A stretch of DNA of 64,000 bases from Trichoplax adhaerens (taxonomy: Eukaryota; Animalia; Placozoa), in contig NW_002060943.1 of NCBI RefSeq assembly GCF_000150275.1, forward strand, positions 10,076,209 through 10,140,208, in the 5' to 3' direction. Shown here in pieces: positions 36,420 to 51,200 of the stretch. The position numbers and the translations under genes are program-made. The number at the start of each line of letters is the position of its first letter. The stretch's first letter is position 1. A model generated the notes under the pieces. It did no database searches, was not told the origin of the DNA, and was given only the letters and a program-made list of their open reading frames with translations.

Positions 36420-37000
36420 TCATTGTACTGTATTGTACCATACGGTGAATGTACAGTACAGTACTACGTTTACAGTACAATGTATTGTACTACCAGTACA
36501 GTATAGTGCTTCGTACAGTTCCTCAACCTCTAGGGGTTTGGCCTTGTAATGCTATACAAGCTTAATACAGCACAGTATAGTACAGTGCAGCGTTGTCTTT
36601 AATACAATACACCAAGTAGAGTACGTGAGTAGTCATACTGTACGCTATACTGTACAGTACTGTACAGTACAGTAATCTGCCGGCATTGAAATTTATACAG
36701 TACAGTATATGTACTGTACACTGTGCAGTAGGATTGTAGGTACTGTACTGTACTGTAGAGATGATTTCTGACTGTGCAGTACCGTACTGTACGGTAGTTT
36801 TCGAGCATGAAGTCTAAAGTCATAGTCTGTACAGTGCAGACGTATGAATGCAGTACACTGATACAGACAGTACCGAGTTTACCAGTGCTGTTGCTGGTAT
36901 GAACTATGAACATATTGTATGCACAGGGCACAGTGATTGTGAGTCAATGAATTAATAATCTATATACTGTACAGTACAGTACTGTACAGTACTGCACAGA
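36420..37000. promoter_or_regulatory. ACAGT/ACTGT repeat cluster in the divergent VAP/SLC9A8 promoter region
   Basis: Dense TACAGTAC/GTACTGTA units between the divergent ATGs at 36271 and about 37306. Confidence 0.65.
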
Positions 37001-37305
37001 CACACTAGTATGACATCGTGTTTTTGCGCAGTAGAATTATTTTTGTTTTGTTCAAGTTAACTTTAACCTTAAACCATAGAGGCGACAGTATACAGTATAA
37101 CATCCGTACTGTGCTATACTTTACAAATAGGTGGTTGCAGCTTGTAAAAGACAAGCTTCTACTAGTGCAATATTTCTACTCCTTACCATGACTAGAAAAT
37201 TCTGTACGCTGATTCATAGATAGTGGTTGACTACAGTATTTAAAATTGTTCCGATTATTTTTACAAACGTTGGCATACTGAAAGTCAAATTTTTAAGAGC
37301 GATCT

Positions 37306-40300
37306 ATGACTATGAGAATGACTACCACAAGTTCCCTTCTTAATGAAACAAGATTCAATGAGTAAGCAAGCTTATCACTGATCATCTACATTACTTAAAC
37401 CTTAATAATATGTAATAGAATTTTTCTATGACTATAATAACAGTAAATTGCAAATCGAATGTCAACCTTATTAAATTAATTAACTAATACTGTACAGTAC
37501 TGTATAGTGCAATATATGCAAAAATAGGTAGAACCATACTGTATAGTTAATTAACTCTACTTCATTAGCACCATAGAACGCAGGAGTTAAGCGGTTTACA
37601 TTTCAGTATACGCGTATTCCTACGTAATTTAGAACTTACTCAAGTCTGTAAGCATTTCTATAATTTTCTCTACCTTAAAGGCTTCAATTACGTACTTTAT
37701 TTACATACCTAGTAATAGTCACTCATTTAGCAACCTTTTTACCCTACTACAATACTAACTATGCTCAAGTACTGTACTGTATATAGTCGTAGAAAAGCAT
37801 GCAAGATTTCAATGTTTTTTTTAAAGCAATGATTCTACAAAATATATTATACATACAATACAGTAATGAAATTTGTTGCTGCATTTAAATGAGAATTACA
37901 ATATTGTCCAGATAATTTTAAATCTTCATTGAAACTATTCAGAAAGTACTAATTTGGAGCTATATTGTACAGTACTATAGCCTTTTACTACTTATTAGGT
38001 GTAGCAAAGCAAAGCTTATTATTATTAATTCATTTTATTTTTCCAGATCATACTTTGCGAATCACTCTACAACGGACTTCATTACGTTGAAGATAATCAA
38101 CACTACTACGTTACCAATAAGTACAACATCTGAGTCGGACATTACGTTAACAATTTTTTTCTTATTGTTAATACTGGGTGAGTATGGTTATTTATTTACT
38201 TTATTAAAGGTGCATCCATGCTGTATATTAAAACGGTTTTTATTTTCTCTGCTTTATTTGCATGCAAACGATTTAACGATTTTACTAGAGCATTCCTAAA
38301 TTAATTGGGGTACTTTTGCCTACTAGGATAAATTACTCTGAAAACTAGGGAATTTACAATCAAGAACTACTTTAATTAACTACTAAAATTTACAGAAGAT
38401 ATCGTACTACATAGGTGATTACAAGTGTAAGCTTATGACATCATTTGCAATAGTTACGATTAAAATTTGGAACCATAGTTGGAACACAACAATAATATAC
38501 TGTATATTAAGCCGACTCAGAATACACGAAATTACCTTGTAATATGGCATGACATAGAATTATCCAGGCGCAACTTTTTACAACTTTCTGCATTCTGAAC
38601 CGGCCTACTATACTATAGTATACTGCATGGACTATTAGAAGGAAAACCTACTAGACTTTCTACTAGCAGTCTTGTTACTGTACATTCACAGAACAGTACA
38701 GTACTGTATACCGCACTTGCATCTTCGACGAGTATCTCAAACTTACTTGTTTCAGCAGTAATTTCTATGTTACGTCAGATACAATCGATGGAAACGGTAG
38801 AATCTTTAATGCTTTAACCTAACGTTCGTTTTGCAAATATCATTTAATGTGCTGTAGTATTACAATATTCTAATATTACTATTAGAAGCTAATAAATGAA
38901 ATTATTCTATTGACAAAAATAGAATAGAAATCGTTTCATTACCGTAATATATGTATACTCTATGCCTAGGCGTTTCAAACTTAACTTAAAATTTTATAAC
39001 ACATATCAATGTTAAGATCATCATTGAAGTTACTCCATTAACTTAACTCAAGATGTGCTTTATTGCTAAAACAATACACAAATTTATGTCGATTTATCAT
39101 CATAATCAAAATAACAATCGTCTTTCAGTAAGTAAATGTAGATTGCCGATCATAATTAATTACTGTAATCACTGTCAAGTTACCTTAATAATTATTTGAT
39201 ATTATAGAGCACCTTATAGCAATTATACTGCTAATATACAGTGTAATATAGAAAACGAAAATGTGCTGATGTATGATGTACAGTGTAAATACTCACTTCT
39301 TATTTTCAAAATACTGAATATTTTATAAATAATTTGATAGAACGAAGTTAAAATGATTTAATAATATCACAAGTAAGTTTATGAAATGGGCTATGCGCAT
39401 GTTAACAGAGCTTTTCCTTCATGTATACGCGTACTTAATTAAAGCTGTTTAACAGCACACCTACACACCAGTGCCTGTATTTCATCCCAAATAACTGTAT
39501 AACCGAAATGTTTATAAAGCAAGTCAGGAAAAGAATATTGTATTAACTCTATGAATTAACTTCTATATCAAACACGATTCTGATTTCACCCATTTCTATA
39601 TAGCCTTTTGTATCCTTTTGGTATACACCTTCATAAAATTTAAGATTCATGCAGTGCCGGAAAGTATCGCCATCATTATCTTTGGTAAGATTTAATGTCT
39701 AAACCTTCCTGTTAATTTTAAACGTCATTAATATCATATTACTTATATCCTCATCAGTACATAATACTATATGCTATATATTAGTAGCAACAGTTTAATT
39801 AAATATCGTCCTGTTTTGCAGTTTCGTATTTTGCTATATATATAAATCAACATTCTTAATAATTTCTAAGAATCTCATTATCAAATTAATTGATTCCGAA
39901 ATCGCTACTGTTTAACCAATTAAACAGGAGCCATAATTGGAGGTATTTTACAAGGTATGAAAGACTTCGATTTAGGAAACTGGCAGGTATCTACTATTTC
40001 AATCATTATAAGTAATAATTTACTAACAAATTTGTTCATGAGCTTAGCCAGCGCTCCGAATGCAATACCTAAAAACAATGCAATAAGTATTGTACATCTG
40101 ATTCCTCTTGGATAAATATTACTAGTGGTATCGACATTCTGTTTATTCATCTAATAATTGTATTACAATAATTTTGTCGGTGTGTATGTGTGTATATGTA
40201 CTTTTCAGTACATACGAAGCGATGGGTGTACTAGTTATCATTAACTTTATGTAAGAACCGTAAACAAAGATTTACACATCATCTTGATATATGAGTATAT

Positions 40301-43300
40301 TCAATTTTGCTAGGGATTACCAGGCCTTGATTTTGTTGATTCAATAAATCTTTTGGCTATTACTATCAATCACAAAACGTGATTATATACTGTATGTAAC
40401 TGCTAGTATTTTACCCTCCGAATATACTAATTCATACTCCCTACCATTCTCGTTTTAGAAAGAAGAAGTTTTCGATCCAACATTTTTTTTCGTTGTCTTA
40501 TTGCCCCCAATAATCTTCGAGTCAGGGTATTCCTTGCATAAGGTATTATTTAGCAAGTATAAATGTAAATTGATATAATAAATTACTAAGATGTTTCGTT
40601 TTATCGAAATCACTACCATATTGTCTTTCATTTTCAATTTGATCACGCCAGTTACTAATAATTTGTTTAATATCTCATATTAGAGGTTATGTAACATTTT
40701 ATCAGCTTGTAATATAATATTCTCGTATAGTAAATAAGTCCCTTAAATCTTACGTAATTCTAATTACAGTAGCATGAAGTACCAAATTGTATGTTAAATT
40801 TATACACTCGTTCATAAGTATAATTAATATCAATAAATGTAGGGTAACTTCTTCTTTAACATTGGATCAATACTAACATTTGCTATTATTGGTACGGCAA
40901 TTTCCGCTATCGTCGTCGGTGGAGGGATCTACTTACTTGGAATGGTAATGTTTCTTTGATTATATGGAATTAGCCTAAATACCTGATATTCTCTAGTTGT
41001 AACATACAGACAATGCAACAGTAAATTCGTCCTAAAATTTGTGTGTATAACTTCGACTGTAAAGCTCAGCTGTAAACTATGGTATATTATTAAATCGATC
41101 CTTTGTAATAAGGAAAATAGTGCCTTATTGTACGCTATGCTTTCTCATCAGTAATATCATAAGACTTCAATATCAATCACGCATAAACCAAAATAAATTT
41201 ATTGCTTAGTATTATGCAAGTAGTATTACGTCTCCAAGCTACTTTAGCATATACATATAATAACTAATAACTGTTTTATTTCCTAGGCTCAAATCATATA
41301 TCCCCTGACTCTTACCGAAAGGTAAAATTCTTGTATTTAATATCAACAATCGTCAGGATAAAAATGATGAACTTACATCTTAATTTAACATTTTTTAGTT
41401 TTGCTTTCGGCTCCCTTATCTCAGCTGTAGATCCCGTTGCGACTTTAGCCATATTTCATGCATTAAATGTTAATCCAACATTAAATATGTTAGTGTTTGG
41501 TGAAAGCGTATTAAATGATGCTGTTTCTATCGTTATGACGAAGTTAGTATAAAAATTGCAACACTTTTCTAATTATTATTTGTAGTTGTGATATCATTAA
41601 CGGTTCTCTATTGCAGTTCTATCTTAGAATTCTCGAAAGCTCAAGCTTTGGGTGGATCTACCTTAGCGGCATTTAAAGCCATTGGACATTTCTTTGTTAT
41701 GTTCTTTGCATCTTCTAGTATAGGGATTGCATTCGCTTTGGCAAGCGCTCTGATATCCATAATACATCTTTCTAAAGCAAATCTATCGCACATCTTAACT
41801 ATGTATCACAACTAAACATTATATGGACCGTATAGTAATTACTTCTATTTTTGCTTAATGGATACCAACTAGAGACTGAAGACAAAGTACGGCAGTAATA
41901 TGGAACTACCTTCTTCCAGTAAACCTAAGGCTATTTCACTTACACTACTATATGCAACATCATAAACGAACCATCTTACCTGAAATACAGCAATAATAAT
42001 GTCCTAGATTCGAGTTATCGCGCCTTGTTATTTCTCTTCCTTTTAGAAATTTTATCAAATTATCCATAAAAATTTATCGTTATTTATTTACAACAGTTTT
42101 CTAGCGCGGTTTGGAATACTTACAGTACGTGTGGATTTGCAAACTGCTGTCAGAGCTTCACACAAATTATGATCGCGTCTTTCGTGAAAAGATATTAATG
42201 TGAAGATAGATTACGTTAACTTACCTGTAAATTAGGTTAAGAGATTACTATCAACCCCGTAAATTAAACGTATTACATTGGCATTAGTTCTCTTGATATA
42301 AATACCGTTATGATATTTTTGTATGATCGATATTAAATAATCCTCTTTAGCCTAACATAATATACCTTTCTTCACATACTGGTAAACAACCTTTATCAGC
42401 TTTCATAGTGATCGTATTGCGAAAATGAAAGTCACATACGAGTATGCAACGGATATTTTCATCAGTTCTATAAGCATCTAGTAAACATTAAAAATCAGTT
42501 TTAGAGTTTCAACTATAAAAATTAAACATTTCTCTGAAAATGATTTATTCTTTAACGTACGTAAATATTTAAACACTTTCAGCTTAGAAATAGTCCTTCT
42601 CTAGAACTAGGGATGCTGTTAATATTTTCTTATTTGCCATATAGCTTATCAGAAGGATTACAACTATCAGGTAACAACATAAATATTTCTGCCCTCGTTT
42701 ATAATATTTAATTACAAGTTACTGTGTTGAATCAATTTTACCCATAATAACTTAACCAAAAACTAGGGATTATGGCTATCCTCTTTTGCGGTATCGTTAT
42801 GGCGCATTACACTCACTTCAATCTCTCTCCTGTAACCCAAATGACCGTCCAACAAATTTTTAGAACTGTAGCTTTCATAGCAGGTTAGCGATCTAAATAG
42901 TAATATACCGTGATATAAATCCTTTAAAAAAATCTGCGCAAAATATAATAATACTACAGTATCAAAATAATCGTTTTCATTATTTAATTTAGAAACTTGT
43001 GTTTTTGCTTATCTTGGTATGGCTCTGTTCAGTTTTAATCATACTTTTAAGCCGGCTTTTATAATCTGGAGCATAGTAAGTATCTATTAATAACGCAAAA
43101 TTCACGACCGTATTCGTTATACCCAAACAGCAAATGCAACAGAAGCTCTATATTTAGCGAATAAATGAATAGCATAATATTCTCGTTTTTTGAACCATAG
43201 ATTCTTTGCTTGCTCGGTAGAGCTTGTAATATCTTCCCCTTAAGTTTAGTCGTCAATCGATTTAGAGAAGTTAAAATATCTAGGAAAATGCAGTTTGTGA

Positions 43301-44241
43301 TGTGGTTTAGTGGTAGGTGAAATACAGCTTAAGCATAATAATTTTTATTAATGCCTATAAATTAGATTAATATCCTCAATCTTAATCTTTATAGGTTTAA
43401 GAGGCGCCATTGCATTCGCGCTTAGCATTCATATTGAATTCGACCATGAAAAGCGAAGTATTATCATAACTTCTACTCTTATTATTGTCTTATTCACAAT
43501 TTTGGTATTAGGCGGATCAACACTGCCACTACTTAAGGTAGGTATAAATACGCTACATCAAGTAAAGGGCCTAAAAACTATTTCAGTATTATAATCTGGA
43601 TTATTTCGTTACATGCACAATTCAAGATTAATAACAGCATCAGTGATAAAAATGGTGGCCAGTTACTAAAATTGATTGTCTTTACAACTCAGTATTTAGG
43701 CGTACAAAGTAACAGTAAAGTAACGCTGAATAAAACTGAGGAAATGGTATCGTCATGAACAATCACTATTTGCGTGAATTTGAAATCCCATTGGATCTGA
43801 TACTTTAATTAACTCATTGCATTCTTAAAATTACCTTTGCCTTATGTAGGGTAATGCTATAGATACAGATGAAATAGAGCACACATTCAGATCTGGAACT
43901 TCATTGAAGGGATTCGCTCGTATTGATTCTAAGTACTATTCGCCTTAGATTAATTATAAACGCCTTACCTACTATACTTATTCTCTGATCTAAAGCTATA
44001 ATTCCAAATTATTCCATCTATATTGCTTTCAAGGTACCTTAGTCCTTTTTTCAGAAGACACGTAACTCATCAGGTAGGCCTCTTGTACGTATTTAAACTA
44101 TTCTAAACCTAATCCAATTCGTTTATTTTTTACTGGCAGGAAGTCCATGCTGCGCAAGCTGAACTTAAGCGAGTTACTAATCAATGGTATAGAGATATCA
44201 GGACATCAGATTCTGATGAAGAAAGAACCGATTTGTTATAG
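37306..44241 (+). CDS. SLC9A8: Sodium/hydrogen exchanger 8 (NHE8), multi-exon; start exon tentative
   Basis: [87 protein letters not shown]. The NHE8-type tail is [24 protein letters not shown] (stop ends 44241). Confidence 0.94.
41753..42564 (+). other. U12-type intron with AT-AA termini in SLC9A8
   Basis: The donor is ATATCCAT after ..GCT CTG, with a branch-point-like TTCTTTAAC at 42548-42556. The frame [18 protein letters not shown] requires the intron to end at the AA at 42563-42564. Confidence 0.7.
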
Positions 44242-45290
44242 TTCGTAGTTATATATTACCGTTCATACGGTACTCTCACAACTAAAATATTCTTTACAAA
44301 AAAGTTAATGCAAAGACAGCTACACCAATAACGAAACTGTGTTATAATGAAAATTGCGAAAATGGAATATTTATAGGATAGATAACTTTACCGCATATCA
44401 TCTATACGAAATTTTGAAAGTAAAAATGATGCTTTTTTCTTAAATTCTCTATCCGTTCTGGAAATTAGTTTTCTTACGGTAGATGGTATAGTACAAATCA
44501 TGTCGGAATTACATGTGAGTTTACCGATATACGCGTAAACTATCGACTCAAATCAACTACTTTATCACAATTAACAATATAAAGGAATCCTCTTGAATTA
44601 TTTATAATATTGCTTGTACTTGATTACTTTTTACCCAGAAGAACGGTACTTCTTACGATTTTGCCAATGTTAGAAGCTATATCTGTGGTGTGCAAGTTCA
44701 TATTTGATTACTGTAAGGACAATAGACAAGTTTTCATTACCGGCATTATAAAATATTAAATCATTTCCATCTGAGTGACAAAACCTAATCTATATATTTT
44801 AATTAAGTATAGTTTAATATTAGTAATAAGTAGTTTTTAAAATGAAAAGACTCATCAATGATAACATAACTATCATCTAAAATTTACTTTTATTATATCT
44901 GAATGCTTCAGAAATCAAGTGTCTGTAAAAATAATACATGAAATGCTAATTCCTTATTAAAACAGTACCAGAACTTTTGAAATTAGGCAATAAACATTTT
45001 AAAATGAATACTACTGTTAGTATAAAATCGTATCAAAAGAATCTCTTAAGCCACCTAGTGACAGTTATTTAAAAAAAGTGTACGATGGAAATATACTTAT
45101 AAATGACAAATCTACATATACTCTCATTAAAGTAATGCAAAGTATATTCAAACTATTAAACATATTTACATAAAATCCGTGTTTTTCTCTTTATTCCCGT
45201 TTGGGTAATATCAAATTCTATTGATATATAGCATAAAAACATTCAACATGTTATAAATATTTGTCTCCAATGACTCATCAAAAATAATTC

Positions 45291-48200
45291 CTATGGGCGA
45301 AACCAACGCTGATAGGGCCCACTTACTACCGGTTTTGTATCTCCTATTGACTTTACAAGAGTGTTAGTACTAGTTGGCAATGTGAAAATTCCTCTAGTAT
45401 AAATTTTAATGTTATCACAAGTTGTAGTATTATCAGTGCTAGAAATGGCCTGCTGATTTGTTGTCAGTCCAGTGAGAACTTGATTTCTATGATTCAAATC
45501 AAAAATTCTAAATTTTGAATCAGTAGTCGGATATGGGCCTACAGAACGTTTCATGCTTGACGGAAATGATGTATTGCCATAATTTAATGGATTATTACCG
45601 CTAGTATGTGCTCGTAAAGGAGTTTTACCAGTATTATTATAAAGATGTTGTTGATTTCGAAATTTAATTTCTTTTTGACGTAAAAGTTCGCGTTGACTTG
45701 CTTTCAACGTTTTGTGGTGAAAAAAAGTCATAGTTATCCGTTGGGGATGTGAGCGGTCGGGGCTTTGTATTGGAGTGGTAGCCCGAACTTCTTTACTACT
45801 ACACTCAATTAATAATGATCCATGAGGTAATGTTAACCCTATACCACTCGTGCCAATCCCTATTGCACTGTCGCTATCTAGGGTAGTATGTACCCTTTCT
45901 ATACCAGCAGGTAATGCAGATTCAAATTCATCAATTCCAGAGTTTTGTAAAAACGACGTAGAATCGCCTAATCCATTTCCTACTATCTCACTCATATCAT
46001 AAGGCGAAAGAATGCTATCATCATTTATATTTGTTGTTGATGATCTGGATAATGGCCGGTACATAGGATAAATATGGAGTTGGTTCTTGACATTTTCATC
46101 TTCAGGATCTTTCAAGAGAGTACAAACCTTGAGACGTATAAAGAAGTTTTTAAACACTGACTTTTTTAGTATTAGTAATGCCTGTACATATAATTCGACA
46201 AATATTTTTTTTAAAAACCTCCAATTTAATCGCATTAGGTAAACTATAACACACCATAAAATGCCTTTATCTTTATATTTACTGTTATGTGATGAATGTG
46301 CGTTAATACTGTTAGCAATATACAATAAAATTTAACTAGTATCTTACCATCGATGCTCCATCATCTAGGCCCTCAGTATTAACATGGTTATGTGCACAAA
46401 AGTCCAACGAGCATATAACTCCAGAAAAGGGACCATTTTTTTCTTCATTTATGCTTTTGCCTACACAGTTTTCTTGATACTTGATCTGGAACAATTAGTA
46501 ACAACAACTACAATTAAGACCAAATCTTTAAAACTGAAATTTCTCTCGTTTTACCTGATTATTATATGCCCAAGGGGCAAATTTTTTATAAACAGGAGCT
46601 AAATCAGCTGCCAAAGATTCAAGGGCTTCTGCTAATTCTTGTTCCTATAATTATGATTGCAAGAATATACCTATTTACTACTTCACTGCCGATAACTACC
46701 GTCAAATTGTATTGCACCTTCGCGCTATCAGCTAGTTGATAAGCACTAGCGTTCAAGATGATTTTTAAACCATCGTCTTCCGTTTGGTACATATTTCCCA
46801 AAGTAAAAGCAGCTCCTTCTCTCTGGTTATCAGTTCCTTGACAATGGCAGTCTTGCCTAATTTATTGAAGAATACGCGATTCTAAGAAACTCTGATTTGT
46901 TAAAGTATATCACAATCCAAGACAAAAAATTCTTAAGATAATGATTTCAAGAATTGCCTTTCATTAATGCCATATGAGACTTTATCTGATGGATATTGCG
47001 ATAATATAGTAGACAATTGAGCATACAGGACATTAGCACGATCAGGATGAATGCCATCCCACGCAACAATAGCCATCAGCACTACAGACGCTTTACAAGT
47101 ATGGCCACGACGGCGATGAACCAAGGCCAATAATTTCTCGGATTTAGATATGCGTCTAATCGCCTAACAGATAATAATGATTGTAACCGTGACTGTCAAT
47201 TCATCTGTTACTTTCACTAGAACTAAAGTCCATTGTATTCTGTGCTCTACATACCCATTCAGCTCTCGGACATCCATCTGATGTTTTTGACTCAACTCCG
47301 GTATATTCAACCTGATATTTGACGATATTATCAATAGAGTTACTACGCACATAACTTTATTACCGTAACAATTAGCTTTACTCGACATATTCATCAAATT
47401 TATTTCATAAAAATCTAACCTCTATAACCCGAAGCTTAGATTCATCTATCCGAAACCTAATTGAATAGCGTATAGCAAAATAATGATCAACAGAAATCAT
47501 CTTACCGATTGTAACTATAAACTATCCTATATGTAAAAGTGACTAATAATTTTACAATGAAACTACAGATTGAAAGACTATCCATACTATAAACACAAAC
47601 TAAGGATGACTACAGAACCAGATGTTTGCATTGTTATGCACTTAAACCAAGACAAACCTGTCTCTTAACATTTCGCGTAATTCCTCAGTACTTCCTGCAA
47701 CTCCTAACTGGGTGTAAAAAGGAGCTCCGTCTTCGTCTATAAAACAAATTAAAGTGTTTTACGAGTACATCAAAATACTATACAATTTGTACTACATTGG
47801 GATTATATAAATAACTTCGCATTTAATTTACCTTGACATTGGCAATTGTAATCTAAATGATCATGCTGCTCTTCCGCATATGACACCGATTTTGTTTTTC
47901 TTGATTTACGTTTCTTTCTTTCAGACTGAGAATATAATCTTTGCGTCTGCATACTACTACTATCGCATTCCATCATATCAGGTTCTCTTCGATCGGTGTG
48001 CTCTTTTTTAACTGATTTCGAAGATTGCATTTTCTGTAGATTGTTATATCGCATACAAAATATTTAGAACGCATTTGCAGTATACCAAAAACTAAGCAAT
48101 TACACACTCTAATTGTTTATATATATATATATGAAGTAAAATCACATAAACAGAAAATATAATAATCTGAGGGAGTTAAATTTATAATGATGTTCTGCAC

Positions 48201-51200
48201 ATCGTGCGATAAACGATAGTCATAATAAATGTAGTGTTGCAAGTTACAAAATATAATATGATACTTATAAATTATGACCTAACTTTGAGTTAGGGTTAAT
48301 ATTACCTTCATTTAGTCCCAAGCTGATTGGTTGATTGCATAGCATAACATACGTATTATATACAGTACAGTAGTGATCACTTGTATGATATATCTTAAAA
48401 TCAGCACGTAAATACAGCAAGGGCACAAAGGTAAAAATCTATGGGATAAACTAATATAAAGTAATCATGTTGACTTTGCTCACATAGGTAACTAGTAAAG
48501 GAGAACAACTAAGTGAAACGTATCATCGTTATCCAAGCAACAATAAACTATTTAAATTAAGGTAGTGTCTGTAATAGGTACTTTTAGTTTACGATGGCAG
48601 CCTTTACGAAATTATATGCCCTATAATAATAAATATCCCTGATTTCTAGCCAAAATTAACGTAAATGATTAGAGACAAAGAAAAATTGCATAAAAATCCT
48701 TGCTATCACCAACATCAATGACCCCCTTCCTTATTTTCGTACAGTATTGTCTACTTTAATATATAAAAAAACGAAAATATAACTTATTGCAATAACTATA
48801 AGTAAAGTAACTAGGTATAATATCAGAAGATATAAAAGGATACTAAATGTCACAACACTATACTAAGTTCTATAATGAAGAAGTGATCAAAAGATTCAGC
48901 AGACTATGTGCTGTAGTTTAACAATGCCGTAATACTACACAATAAATATAACGAATAGCATGTACCCCGAGAGTATTAAATTATTGAAGCGCTCCTTGTA
49001 GTTTGAAATGGTGTAGACAATAATTTGCTAAGTGATACACGTCAATGAAGTAATTGCCTAATTATAACTCTTGTCTATAAACAATGCTCCAGTACCTGCA
49101 ATCTTTTCTTCTTAATTTTACGGCTAATTTGATTCTTCTTAGCGAAAGCTTTTGACGAACAGCGTCCTGACCCTTTAACAAGATCACGGATAGTCTTCTT
49201 TTTTTTAGAAACGTTTCTGACGGTATGAGTTGTATTACCAGGCGACGGAAGAGAATCACTAGTATCGTAGTCATTTTGATTTCCATTTGACTAAAATATA
49301 TTTAAATATAATCACATAAATTATAGACATCTTTATTAAATTTATATCTCAATGCGATAAACAAATATACTATATGAGACAGCAAGATTGATAGTTAAAC
49401 AGGAACAACAATGAATATTAGGGTATATTAGTTTATTGCTTCACAGTAGCTCACATTGAGCCGATTACACTTCAACGGATTCATGTAATAGTTAATTACG
49501 GTTCGTGTTTCAAATACCGGAAACAATGTACTATAGCAGATATACTTAAGTGTACTGTAGATAATTATCTTGCTTTAATAAACATCGATTTCCTGTTACT
49601 GATATTCATTGCGGTCGATCTCAGTATTTTATATTCTTCCTTATTTTTTATTTGATATTCTCTTACTGTAAAGTTCGACAATAAGTAGAACTATACATTA
49701 CATCTATGTCTCTAGAAATTCTTCGAAAAATGAATAAGATTTATGTCTATATATTTAATCGATTAAAGTAAAAAAAATCATATACTCAATATACCCTAAT
49801 TTCGTAAATACGAATTATTCTACTACCCATTTAATTAGTATACGACTTAAAATAACAACAAGTCAGAATTCACTCAAAGAATTACTAAAATGTGAGTATT
49901 CTTTTAAAACACTTCATCCTATTGATCTTGTAATAAAATACTAATTTATTGTCTGCTCTCTGGATTTAAACATCTCCACTATTCATTTCTCATTTTACCC
50001 GTTATCTCTAGAGACTTTAAGCCAGTAAAATAGCAAGTTTAGTATTTAATTAATTAATTATTTACGTATGCAATCGGTATCGTCACCACATACTGTACAA
50101 GTCGCACTTTTAAAGCTACACTGGCAATAATTAAAACAAATCCCATAGCTGACCTATACATACTGTACTTTAAGGACAATTCATCATTTTCTAATTTCTT
50201 CACCATTATTGTATTAATCACAGGTAATTTCAATTGAATAAACCGCTAGAATAACAGGCATTTATTGCCGTCGATTAATGAGATACACTTCAAAATAATA
50301 TTATTGAAAAGGACAGCACTCAAATGCACTCATTTACCAAATTTATAGAGCGAAGATCTAGGTCCGGGACCTACGAGAATGCCCACTTGAAATTGTTATT
50401 CTAACTTTACTGATAACTGATTATTAGTTATAATCATTTGTCAGAAATCTTCATAATGTCAATCAATAATATAAAAATAGAAATTTAGAGTAATACTGTA
50501 TTTTCTCTAGCTTTTCGATATAGCCCTCATAAATTTGGTACACAATTTATACCAATTTATACAATAATTAAGAATAACAAAGGTAAATACTTTAGAAAAT
50601 GCTACTATACTGTACACTACTACAGGCAATGGTTTCCCTCTTGTATAATACATTACGCGTATACTATAAATAACTAGTAATAATTAATTAATTATAATTA
50701 TTACTGCTAGAAACTACCCGTTCAATTTTTAAGCCTGAAATAGTGAAATAGTGTCCAGTTTTAATTCTAAAACACGCGTATACGACATGCATAACCTTCC
50801 ATACACGTTACACAGTCGTATAATCTAGTATCGTTATCTTTAAGGTATGCTAGGCATTGCTTGCTATCACTGTAAGCGATCCATCGAAACGGTGATTTAA
50901 TTAATTCACCTTATCCCTCCACAATGACAGTATCCGCATGTAGTCTATATTTACTAACTGCAGAAGCAGAGCTAAACTGAAGATGTACGAACCAGAGTAC
51001 CTATCTAAAATCCGAACCTCGAATTTCCAGTCAATTACAATTGAATTGCAGGCAAGTATAGCAATAACAGTGATTGCTGACGTGGTTAACCGATTCAAAA
51101 TCTAAAATTGGCTACGTTAACTTCCTTGCGTCAGCTATTTACTAGTGTCTAGTATCTACTCATAATACTGTAGTGTGGTACTGTGTTGTTTAACTGTTTT

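Noticed and set aside
39610-39619. Perfect U12 donor-like GTATCCTTTT in SLC9A8
   Set aside because: It lies inside a coding exon (C-I-L-L) whose frame continues to a normal GTAAG donor.
46128-46325. N-terminal 66 aa of the 344-aa ORF at 45291-46325
   Set aside because: Open intronic sequence. The real exon begins at 46127 (AAG|GTT TGT ACT, VCTL).
49062-49286. 74-aa basic ORF MEIKMTT...
   Set aside because: It is an alternative frame of TET exon 2 (49096-49290), which splices in phase 0 in a different frame.
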